From: Catajapyx aquilonaris
Taxonomy: Eukaryota
Reading direction: 5' to 3'
DNA: 40,890 nt
Assembly (NCBI GenBank): GCA_000934665.2
Contig: JYFJ02003514.1
Location: 1-40,890, forward strand
Shown: positions 1 to 10,500 of the stretch, one piece after another
How the letters are laid out: each line of letters opens with the position of its first letter
Numbering within the stretch: the first letter of the stretch is position 1
Position numbers and translations under genes: made by a program
Notes under the pieces: generated by a model
The model's database searches: none
The model's input: the letters and a program-made list of their open reading frames with translations, nothing else
Told to the model about the DNA's origin: nothing

Positions 1-54
1 GGGGGAGGAGCCTAACAGGCCAGGACTCGTGAATCGCATAATAGTGATGCCCTG

Positions 55-335
55 AAGTCAATCACTGGACCTATTGAGTCACTTCTGGACAATCAAGTGA
101 TGACGATTGACGACGTCATAATCACGTCTGGATCCATAGTCACGAAAAAACTTGCTAACGACGTCACAGAGTCACTTCAGGTTTGCCTCTTCACACAGAG
201 ACACTCCTGAGATCACAGTCACTTTCTTCATAGAAACACCAACTGAGACATCATAGAAAAAGCACTATTGTCGTCATTGCGATACGCACTTCCGATACCA
301 TCATTTTATAGACAGAAAAGCACTTTGACATCATC
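55..335. repeat. Decayed tandem repeat, unit about 20-30 bp, approximate consensus GACGTCATAGAGTCACTTCT
   Basis: Recurring variants: GAGTCACTTCTGG (~76), GACGTCATAATCACGTCTGG (~112), GACGTCACAGAGTCACTTCAGG (~160), TCACAGTCACTTTC (~213), CATCATAGAAAAAGCACT (~249), AGAAAAGCACTTTGACATCA (~315). Strongly diverged; consensus made by eye. Confidence 0.5.
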
Positions 336-1229
336 AAGTTGATGAGAAGACGCCACCATCTCATCGCTTCTGTTCGGCACACTGCCTCAGTTTAGTGTCA
401 GGTGATTTCGCGCACTTTTAGCTTAGACGACGCCTCGTAATTTGAGGATATCTAGAGGATGGCGCACTTTGGAAGGACCTTTTTTCTCCCCCCCTCCCAA
501 CAGATTAGGAATTTATCTCGGGGAGCGCAAAGGTCCCAACTGGGGCCAACTCGAAATGTCCGGGGTTAGAAGAGAAGCTCCCAAATGATGGCCGCCCTCG
601 ATGCTTATCAACGTGATTCAATGTGGCGACCGGACTCCTGGACCTAGAAAATGTACCGCCCATTTTGCTGGACACTGTTGAAAACTGACCATTTTCGAGC
701 AACTTCCACAAATCAGCTGGGTGGATGGGAGGGCAAAAACCGGAATTAAAGTTAATTGGGCGAAGTGCCAGGTTTTCCACCTGGCGGCGCAATTATTCCC
801 TACTGGTTGCTGCACCAAGGGAGGTTGGTGCTAGGGGCGAGAGACGCGTGGAGCCCCACTGACTTGCAGAAGAAACTGGTCGAATGGGGAGGAAATAGTG
901 TGAAAAATATGGCTCCGAGTGGGGGGACACGATGTTTCCTTCCCCTTGGGGAGATTGCAGGGTGATTGAAGACATGGAGGGGAGACGAAACAGCCTGGGA
1001 GTCGTCTTGACGGGGAGCTCTTAAAGGTCGCGCTAAGTGACAGGATGTCGATGTGTCCCCATGCCATGTTGGGGGGCGAAATGTCCACACTAAGAGGGGA
1101 CGACATATGGCGTTTATTGTAGATTTCAAGCTGGCAAGTGTTTTAGTGTATGACAAGCAGAGGGCAGCTGGAACTACAATCACAACGAGTGCGCACCCAG
1201 ATGGCGCAGCCAGTCTTGGAATTACAACG

Positions 1230-1623
1230 CTGAGATATCGCTATTTTTGTATTTTAAAGACTAGATGCAATATTTGGTCTCTCTGAATATCGATATTTAT
1301 TCCATACCATTCGATATTTATGGTATTTATGCGATGTCAGTTCGACGTATCGGCATGTGTGCATGATCAATGTTAATATATCGATATTCATGCAGTGCCA
1401 AATAATGTAGTTGTGCAGTTCCAAGTGGTTTTATCGATACGTCACAATTTGATTGTCGATATTTATGCAATGACTGGTATCGATAACTTTAATGTTATAT
1501 ATCGATATGCATGTGTCAATATCGATATTTAAGTGCCAATATCGATACTCACGGGTCAATATCGACATAATTTTATGAAATATTTCCAGTTACGATGTAG
1601 AAATGTCGATATCGCACAGCCTA
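1230..1623. repeat. ATCGAT-rich repetitive block, probably a non-autonomous DNA transposon remnant with subterminal repeats
   Basis: Seven exact TATCGATA copies (1288, 1379, 1432, 1478, 1500, 1520, 1540) plus near matches, with 20-bp periodicity at 1500-1560. The block ends in GATATCGCACAGCCTA. A related block lies at 35679-35860. Confidence 0.65.
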
Positions 1624-4600
1624 CCCGTCAAGCTAGACTCCTGCACCAGGGTTGCCAACCGTTTCTGCCGCACTGAATCCGTACAATATTGCGACGGCTG
1701 CCTTCCAGCATCTGCCAGTTTCCAAATTGTTTGGAAACAACCCGATAAGCCATTAGCAGGCGGGAGAGAGACACATGGCGAGTGAATCGGAAAAGGAGTC
1801 TCCCCCAAGCCAGTCTCTGTCCCCGGGGCAATAGGAACAGGATTTAATAGCGCGCCATGGAAGGTGGCAAGCCAAACACAATTTGAGGGGGGGGCCTCGT
1901 CTTCCGGCGCCAGATTCGGTCGCAACCAACAGGCAAGAGACCTCCTTTACATTCCATTTGGTAAGAGTGTGCCACGGCTGATTGCAGCAGCACGTGGAGC
2001 CTCAGGCACCCACCAGATCAACCCACCAAATATAAAATGGGCAAAAAAAAAGCCCAGGTTGTCGGGATAGCCTCGTTATTAAGAGGTAACGGACTGCTAC
2101 CATCCAGGTCCGGGTACCTACACCTAATTGTGTGCCATGACCCGACAACAATATCGGCTCAGGCCTCTAGAAAACCTGGTGGAAAAAAGCTGACACCCCA
2201 GACAGCCCGGAATTTACATACTATTGTCAGTCACATAATACGCTGGCCTCAGAGCAACTGGTTTCCAACAAGTACATAATTGCATTCTGCAATCCCTCCC
2301 TCCCCTTCCCCCTGTCTCAACATGACATCCCTAAGAGTGGCTGACACTTTTTTTTCTATCTCTCTCCCTAGAAACCTTATTGTCTCCCGCTTTGAATGAC
2401 ACGCATGGAACCCAACATGAATATGGGTTACAACAAGGCAAAAATTACAGCGTGACGTGCCTTTGAAATCAGGTAAAAAGAACGAGCCTTAGGGATGTAA
2501 ATTTAATATTTACCTCCATATTTATATGTAGAAAAGTAAAATTAAAACAAACTGTTATGGTAAGTAGAAGTTTTTTTCGGTCAATGGCGTCCCATCTGAT
2601 GAATTCTTCCCATAAGATGTCCCCTTTTTGCATTAACCCTTTGAACGATTTTTCTTCCAGCAGATCCGCCAGTCCGAGCTAATTCCTTCTACTTTTTTTT
2701 CTTCATCAAATGAGTCATTCTCCCTGAAGACACGCCATTAATCAAGCGGACTTCTGTTGGGCTACCAATAATTATGAGCTCCCCATGGATGGAGTCCAGG
2801 TTCATGCCTTAATATGGCACTACTCCTGGCAGTGAGCGGACCAGGATTTGTCAACGGGAGGAACTTATCATGGGTTTCCATCTTGGTGGCTGACGGTGAG
2901 AAAGCTGTCACCAGGAGGGAACTAAGAGGAGAGAGATGTGGTGACCACAGCTTACACATCATGTCACATACGTGTCTTATTTTGCTGGAGGGTCATTCAC
3001 ACAATATTATTTTCTCTCAAAAAAAGTTACCTGACTTCCACAGGCTGCCCAAATGCTTAAGCGTTCAAGTAAATGATAGATTTTGAACCGCGACTTAAAT
3101 CCTACATTTTCCACAAATTCCTGTCTTTCCCGCAGGCTTTTTTTTGGGGGAAACCACGCCATATGTTTAAGAAACCTGCTCGCCTTTTCTACACATTTTA
3201 AACTGTTTCTCATGCCCAACGTTTTGTCACTCCTGAGTGGGCGTACTATCTTTAAAAGATGTGATTACAAAGTAAGGTATGTTTTTTTTTCTACGAAACG
3301 TTTTGGTCGAAATTGGAGTCGCCGCGCGTGTAAACTAGACCTCCAACAACCCCCCACTTTTTTCAGTCAAAAAAATTTTAAAACGCGAGCTTCGAGGCAA
3401 AGAGCGATTTTATTACCTAGTTGGGCGGAATAATTCGTACCTTTGTTGGTTGGCCAGAATTAAAAGCACTTGCCGTGACCCACGTTTGGTCACCACCAAA
3501 TTCGTCCAGTTTTTCCCACCATTTCCGACTTATTTTTTTCTATTTAAAAAAAGAAAGAAGAATGGTTTCTTCCAATTCCTTTTTGTTTCCCCTAGCATCC
3601 TCCCTTTTCCCGTTTCATTTGGTAGAAAGCTTTTCAATCAATGAGCGGACCTAATCATGGCCCTTTTCGCAATAGTGAAAATAACACTGGGTCCTAAATT
3701 GTCTACGCTTTTTTCGGGAGGGTAGGAGGGACCATCCACTTCAGTATATGGAAACACTTGTGACTCATCCAATCAGGGGTTTTAAGAAGAAGGATATCCT
3801 GATTGGGGGACAGTGTCCGAAAAATGCTGGTTTATTAGGCGTGACTGAAGGTCATGAAAGAGTCATGGAGGGAGTGAAGGACTGGCGTAATTAGTGTCGT
3901 TTTAATTGAACCGAATGGATCAAATAACCATGATTTCATTGTCATTATCCAGCGAGAGGTTTTTTGGAGCGAAAACTGCCAAATGTGACACAATTTTATG
4001 ACGGGTTAATGAAGCGGATTCACTATATTAGAGAGGATAGTATTGCAGGTACAGTCGGCCATAAAAAGATGGAGACCTGTGGTTTATGCCCAAAAAAAAC
4101 CTACGCACGGTAGATATTACAAAAAACAATTTTGCCATAAATTAGACTAAAATTAGCATTGAGTACTGTATTTGCTGTAAACATCTTGGAATAGATACCT
4201 TGCAGATGATGAAGTGACCTAATTTTCGCTGCTTCTGCACTATTACCATAGTTCTGTTTACGAAGAGATGTGCGCCCGCTGGACTGTGAGAGAAGCTCAC
4301 TGTAGATATACTGTATACTACCAATGGCATTAAATGACAACAAAAACATGCACCTGTTTTTACACATGCACATGCTGTTTCGCAAAGTCCCATGTTTACA
4401 CACATATTTTTCCAGGAAAATTTAATACTCTGCATTTGCATAGAAAATAATCTCTTGGTGCGTTATGCCAAAAATGGCTTCATTTCAGTTGATGATTACA
4501 AAAGTTGTGTGGAGAAGATATCTATCCATGGCTTACAAGCCACAGAAAACTGGATTTTTTAAAAAAAATCTGCATTTTCACTATCGACCACTACATAAAG

Positions 4601-5831
4601 GAACTTTTTAATTTTCTAAAAGCTTCGGTTTAGTCAATGCTGAAAATTCACTCGCCTAATGTTTTAATGCATAAAATTTAATTGGACACTGTGCGTCACA
4701 GGTTGAATTAAATCGGATTTGTCCTCTGAAGTGCGTCTAACGACCATTTGAATTTGACGATTTCCAAGAATTCGTGTGTCATATAACGTCCCATCAACCT
4801 TTCAAAGCGGAATAATTCAGCCAACGCGCCACTTTCAATAAAATGGCGCTGTATCATTTCTAGACTTGCACGGCATCTAGTGGAAGCTAGAAACTAACTG
4901 TTCCCTTCAAGGCACAGTAGAAACTGTTGCCTTTGGGTTCATCAAAGTCCTCCAAAATATTTGCCTGCATCTCCAAGTCGTCATTTCCGTCACTTTTCAC
5001 AATACAAAATCGGAAATTTTCTCCTTAATTTGACTTGGTGCAACCAGCTCCGAGCTACTACACTAAATAATTTAAATAATTAATTAAATATTTGTAAAAA
5101 TAATTTATTCGCGCAAATATTATTCACCCCGGTATCACAAACTCCACATTGACTTTCCCCCGATTAGTCACCCCCGTCTCTTGACCACTAATCTACACAT
5201 TCTTGCGATACCCCTCCAAAAACTGGACTCTGGTCTTTCCAGGTTGACCACCCCTCATTTGGCTCCAGGGTTGCCAGCATCTCTTCTTCAAACCCAAATC
5301 ACGAAGAGGACATCCTTCCTCCTTGATCCAGAGGCTGCTGGGCAGAGGGAGGGGTGGTCAACTACTTTAATGATGTGTCAACTCCAGGGCTTAACCAAGT
5401 CTTTGTGCGCATTGTTACCAGCTCATTCCCCAGACGGGTTTCCAGAAGAGGGAGGGTAAAAAGGAATTAGCCGCTAATAGAGACATTGACATTGTCCCGC
5501 CGATGCCAAACGGGTCGGAGCAGTTTGCAAAGTGCGGAAGCCCCTTTTCTTGGCGACCAAAAAGGGACACGCTCGTGAGAATCACGCGTGTTATTTATCA
5601 CGTGGAAGCTCCATTTGACAGCAATTAGTAATCTTCTTCCTGGCTGGTTTATTTTTTTGGGGCCATGCTGTTTTTCCTTCTTTTTTCGGTGGAGGGACCC
5701 GGTACTTTTTTAATGGATCGTGTTGCAGGCTCTTGCACTCAGTCATTGGCGGGGGCCCGTACTTTTTGGAGCTAAGGCACGCCTCGGGCCGACGACCAGA
5801 TGGAACTCGTTTTACACCCCGACAGCCACCA

Positions 5832-5849
5832 GGGGGTGGGTGGGGTGGG
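5832..5849 (+). other. Canonical G-quadruplex motif GGGGGTGGGTGGGGTGGG
   Basis: Four G-runs of at least 3, separated by 1-nt loops. Confidence 0.6.
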
Positions 5850-6134
5850 AGGAAGAAGAAAAGAAAAAAAAATTGGAGAAAATATCAAGAGAGCTGTTTC
5901 CTTTTGGCCTGTAACGCCGACTCTGCTTGGGGAGACTAAAATAAACGGTGTCATTTGGGTCACAGAGTGTCGAGATCCTCAGGGGGTTCGACTTCGGGAT
6001 GAAGTTAGGCAACACCGGTGGCTAGTGACGTGGACCAATCGAACGGGCTGGATGAAACGCGGGGGCCAATCTGTGCAGACGTGCAGTGCAGGGTTGTCGA
6101 AACGGGATTGTTTCTTAGAAATGAGCAACTTTTA

Positions 6135-6194
<60 letters not shown>
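6135..6194. repeat. (TAC)20 microsatellite
   Basis: Perfect trinucleotide repeat read directly; it accounts for the poly-Thr in ORF 5800..6210. Confidence 0.98.
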
Positions 6195-6196
<2 letters not shown>

Positions 6197-7088
6197 ATAG
6201 CAGCATGTAGAATAAGCAGTTCATTCAAATGCCTCGCTACTGCCCAGCAGGTGCATGGTGGCCCCCTTCGCACCCCTGTTGAAAATTTGCAAAAATCCAG
6301 ACCCGCTTTTATCCGAGGCAGTAATTAATGTTTTCACACTGTTTGGGTGGTAATGAGCGTAATTCCGTTATTACAAAGGGGCGTTCTTGCGCAAAGAAGA
6401 CATCCTGCCCTTGCTGCTAACATGACAGCTCTTTTTCTCTTCTCCCTTCCCTTGCTGATTACCGCCAAGGTTTTTGGGTGGCGAACGGTTCCTATATCCA
6501 AGCTGTTTTCGTGCACCTGACAAATAAGCATTCTTGATACCTGACATTACATACATTCAACCAAAAAATTCTTCGTGTGCCGCCAATTTTTTATTATTAT
6601 TTCGAGCCTTTCACAGGACCCGTTTTTGTTCCAACCTTACAGATCAAAAATCTCGTTAACTGATCGTCCCAAAAAAGGAAGGCAATCTGATGCCTTCACC
6701 TCATTAGGACAAAGTCCTTCCACAAACAAAATGGGGGGAACGGGCTGAGATTGGATGCTTCTTCTCAGTGGGGAAAAAACATTAATCCCTGAACTATATT
6801 CTAGGGGACCTCCCATTTTCGCGAGCTACCGTACACCCGTAATTATAAGGAGAAGGGGGAAAAAAAATTTGCGAAACGTGAACGGAGCGGGCGGTAATTT
6901 GCAGCACGTGAAATTAACCGTGACATTACTGGTAAAAGTGATTCTATATGTATTTTTTTTAAAGGGGGCCTTTCGTTTTTTGGTCTCTTAGCAAGGTGGG
7001 CTTATTTGGCTGGAAACGAAGCTGTTGCGTGCTGTGCAGAAACAAAGCTATTTATTTTCCGGGGGGTACGGAAAATCCGGTGACTATA

Positions 7089-7389
7089 CAGTGTGTCTAG
7101 TAATGATTTAGGCCATGTTTCAAGGTGTTTCTCTGGGCACTGTGCAGTAGGGGATCGTTTCATGTAGAAGTATTATTACATAAAATTTCAAATATTATTG
7201 AAACATTAGAATCGAAATATGAAATTATATTAGATATTGTATTATTCATATTTTAAACGAAACTCTGTTCATGCGGAAACATCCCAGGAATAAAATAATG
7301 CGTAATATTGCAAAACATTGCAAATTCGACTTATATTTGCTCTGAATGATTGGTATCTCCATGGCCGATATTTTTGTTACACTTCATTG
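7089..7389. mobile_element. Possible old Tc1/mariner-type MITE remnant
   Basis: Left end TA|CAGTGTGTCTAGTAATGATTTAGGCCATG loosely matches the reverse complement of the right end, CAATGAAGTGTAACAAAAATATCGGCCATG. The interior is AT-rich and the match is degenerate. Confidence 0.3.
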
Positions 7390-8217
7390 TTTTCAACATG
7401 TTCTTTCCTTGACGTCATTCACACACAGTGCGGCAAATAAAAATCCTGGCCACTTCATTCTTTGGAGGGTCATCCAGCTGACATGAAAGACTTGGTCATA
7501 ATATAAAAGTAGCAGAAAACGGACTTTATGGGGCAGTATACTCACCCATGTTCCTGCCTCTACCCATTTTTTTTGGTAGGGATCTCCCAGAATGAGCGCA
7601 TATTTTTCCGGCTTTTGAAAAGCACAAGAACCCCGCACTGCAGCGTTTTTTTGCAAAAAAGGGGCATCTACAGATCAACAAAACTAGTTTTTTTAAAGTT
7701 TTCCCACCGAAGTAATTGGGCAACCATGTACAAACGGACTAGTTTTCCACCTTTTGTTCTCGCCGCCTCCAAGTCGACACAATATCAGCCTAAAAACCGG
7801 GTCTAAATTTGAATATAAAGTAGGTTCTATTTTTTTTGCCAACTCTGTATACACACTGTCAGGCCCAATTTTCCGTGTGATATATTAAGCTTTAGAAAAA
7901 AATTTGCGCAAAAATTTCTTACTACTATTCAGCAGGTCCAAAAGACTAATGACGCCCCGTTTGGTCTGCACTTGAAATTCAAACAGGAACCGCCTTTTGC
8001 CAATGACAGGCCTGCTGATCGAGTCTAAAGAAAAACAACTTTTCAGGCCGCCCAAAAACCTTATAAGTGCTGAATACGAACTTTTTTTTTTTCTCGGGCG
8101 AAAAAGGTTGGACCCGCTGAGACCTTTTCGTAACAAATTATGAGTCAAACTTATCACCAAGTTGGAAGCGATTTCATAAATTTTCGCTTCGTTTTTTTTC
8201 GACCACTATTTGGCAAC

Positions 8218-8348
8218 ATGGAAGACGGCCTTTGCCAAAACGGGGCAGCGTCCGGATTGTTTATAACCCGCGTAGAAGTCTGCGGAATCTGGTCGTCATT
8301 GAAATCGCCGGAGGAACCCGGGGCCGTTTACAGTCCGACCGAGACGAG
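8218..8348 (+). CDS. Candidate first coding exon of an unidentified spliced gene (MEDGLCQNGAASGLFITRVEVCGIWSSLKSPEEPGAVYSPTET...)
   Basis: ATG in a CAAC-ATG-G context (insect Kozak-like). The frame is open for 43 codons and ends at a strong donor-like site, AG|GTGAGC, with the in-frame TGA falling inside the donor. No homology recognised and no downstream exon identified. Confidence 0.25.
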
Positions 8349-8930
8349 GTGAGCAAGGGTCATTTGGCAGAGGTAACTCTTCCCATCCACCCGAACCCTG
8401 ATCGTGTTCGATTACCACCGTTAATGTGTCATCTCGATGTTATACCGCAAATCGGACGCGCCCAAACGACGCTCAGCGAGTGAGGAACGGCAATGGATTG
8501 GTCCAGACGTGTGGCGTATCCGAATTCGCACTATATTTACAAATTGAGACTAAGTAGAGCGATGGAAATATACATATATAAAAAATGGGTTGTTGCAAGC
8601 GAGGGATGAAACGGGGGTCTCATCGTGATTGATGACTGGAAAGGGAAAGGTCGCTCAGACAGGCACGTAATTGGGGCCAACCTATCTCCCGGTACGTGAT
8701 GTCATCAAATCGAGTCTTTCGCCATTCATCATACGGATGGAATGTGACTTGTTGCCTTCCCCTGCTCCAAAACAGCAATTCTGCAGAAATCCGCTACATA
8801 TAAAAGGGAAAGTTTGTTCGTTTGTAGGTCCTATGTATGGGTATGCAATGGGAGTTTATCCAGGTTTTGTGTACATGGCAACCATTGGCAGCATATTCCC
8901 TATATTATTTTTTATAAGAAATTGCACATA

Positions 8931-9156
8931 CAGGGTGTTCTAAATACGTGGGTCGGGTTTTTATAGCTGAAATCGCCCGATAGTAGTTATTTTTCGTAGC
9001 TTGTTGTGCCCCATTCTATAGCAACTGCTACTCGACCCCCTGGATGTAATTGAGAACCTGGATCGGGGCACAACAAGCTACACAAATAATAGCTAAAGAT
9101 ATACTACAGGGAGATTTCAACTATACAAAAAGGAGCCAGGAATTTGGAACACACGG
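8931..9156. mobile_element. Tc1/mariner-type MITE, 226 bp, fold-back
   Basis: TA on both sides (8929-30, 9157-58). Ends are CAGGGTGTTCTAAA and TTTGGAACACACGG. Internal perfect 17-bp inverted pair GTAGCTTGTTGTGCCCC (8996-9012) / GGGGCACAACAAGCTAC (9065-9081), and a 12/13 pair at 8962-8974 / 9113-9125. Confidence 0.85.
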
Positions 9157-9188
9157 TATATTTATAATTATTATTTAATTTCTTATTG

Positions 9189-9406
9189 CAGTTGAATCAG
9201 GATAGCAGGATGATCCCTGATCACTCATAGTCGCTCATCGCGATAGCGATGCGGATCAGGATAGCAGACATCAAGGGACCGCAGAAATCAGTAGATGGCC
9301 AAGGTCTGTTATAGCCGAATACACAGGCCATATATGGAAGTACGCAGGGACCGGCCTTTCCAGTCTGTTATAACCGAAAGGAGTCTGTTATATCCGGATT
9401 CAACTG
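9189..9406. mobile_element. pogo/Tigger-like MITE, 218 bp
   Basis: TIRs CAGTTGAATCAGGATAGCAG and CTGTTATATCCGGATTCAACTG (reverse complement CAGTTGAATCCGGATATAACAG). Subterminal repeats GTCTGTTATAnCCG three times (9304, 9363, 9383) and TCAGGATAGCAG twice. Flanked by TG/TG rather than TA. Confidence 0.75.
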
Positions 9407-9926
9407 TGGTAATGATTTAAATATAATTTTAACGCAAGCTTACTTTAATTCCATCGTAAAGCAATTCAATGTAATAATATATTAATCATATGTGCAATGT
9501 ATAAAATTTTGAACAAAATTATGATTATCCAATTCATAATCCAAGATGGCTGCTGCACTGGGTGGACATTACAAGTTAATTATAATTAGTACTTGCAATA
9601 TGAACAAAGCAACCGCACACTAGTCATAATTTGTCCAAACTAGGTTCAGCAGAGTACATTTCTATTGGAAAATAGTCGTGATTGACAGCAGTCCCCCAGC
9701 AGCCGGGGCAAAGAGCAAATTTAGCCAGTGCAAATACCCACACACACATTGAACCCTCAGTGACGTGCGGCCTCACGTCAAAACCGCCGGTCAGCCAAAA
9801 CTTTAGGCCAGCAATTACTGTTTCCTCATCCTGAGTCATTGGAGTTTTCTTCTTGAAGGGAAAGCTTTCAACTTCTTCTCCTGCTCGGGGGGACCTAGAA
9901 GAAGTTTGTTTCGGAGGATAACCAGA

Positions 9927-9946
9927 GGGAAAGGGGTTGGGGAGGG
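9927..9946 (+). other. G-quadruplex motif GGGAAAGGGGTTGGGGAGGG
   Basis: Four G-runs of at least 3, with loops of 1-3 nt. Confidence 0.5.
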
Positions 9947-10384
9947 AAGAGAAGAAGCGCTTCTTCTTCTTACACTTTTTTTTTTTCTTCTTCAACCGCG
10001 CCCTCTGGCTTGTGTTTTTTTCTTTTTTTTCAATCCTTCTGATCTATTTGTTTGCGACGACTTGAGGGGAGGGAAAAAGAAGGGGCGGAAATTACGCCAC
10101 CCATTCAGAGGCTCCGATCGATCTCAAATCTTCTCCCCATCACCTGTCAGCGCCACAGAAAGAAATGACGTGATTAATGCCCCTCCCATTAATCTCGGCT
10201 TCCAGACACCCCCTAGCCACCTCTCTATTCTTCACCATCTCTATATTTTTTTTTCTACTCTCTACTTTTCTACTCACTTCCATTTGCTTTCACCTACAGG
10301 TCTGTATTATGCTACATAACACGCTTTCCGGACTTGTTAGATGGAAATTTTTAGAACCGATTGGGATCTGGAAAAGGTGGGGCC

Positions 10385-10500
10385 TCAAATTTGAATTTCG
10401 CGCGCGGAAAGAAGGGGGCGGAATTTTTGAAATTCGCGAGCGACATGGGGCGATGGCAAGCTCGGCATTTTCAGAGAGAGAGTGAGAGAGAGAGAAAATT
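10385..10500. promoter_or_regulatory. Promoter-like motif cluster (E2F-like, CHR-like TTTGAA, GC box, GAGA tract)
   Basis: TTTGAA at 10390 and 10426, TTTCGCGCGCGGAAA at 10396-10410, GGGGCGG at ~10415 and a (GA)n tract at ~10473-10495, followed by a sharp switch to AT-rich sequence. Motif evidence only. Confidence 0.3.

Noticed and set aside
4049..4700. TA|CAGTCGGCCATAAAAAG as the left TIR of a mariner-like element
   Set aside because: I could not locate a matching right TIR, so boundaries cannot be supported.
5800..6210. Poly-Thr mucin-like ORF
   Set aside because: The tract is the (TAC)20 microsatellite and the rest of the ORF is not protein-like.
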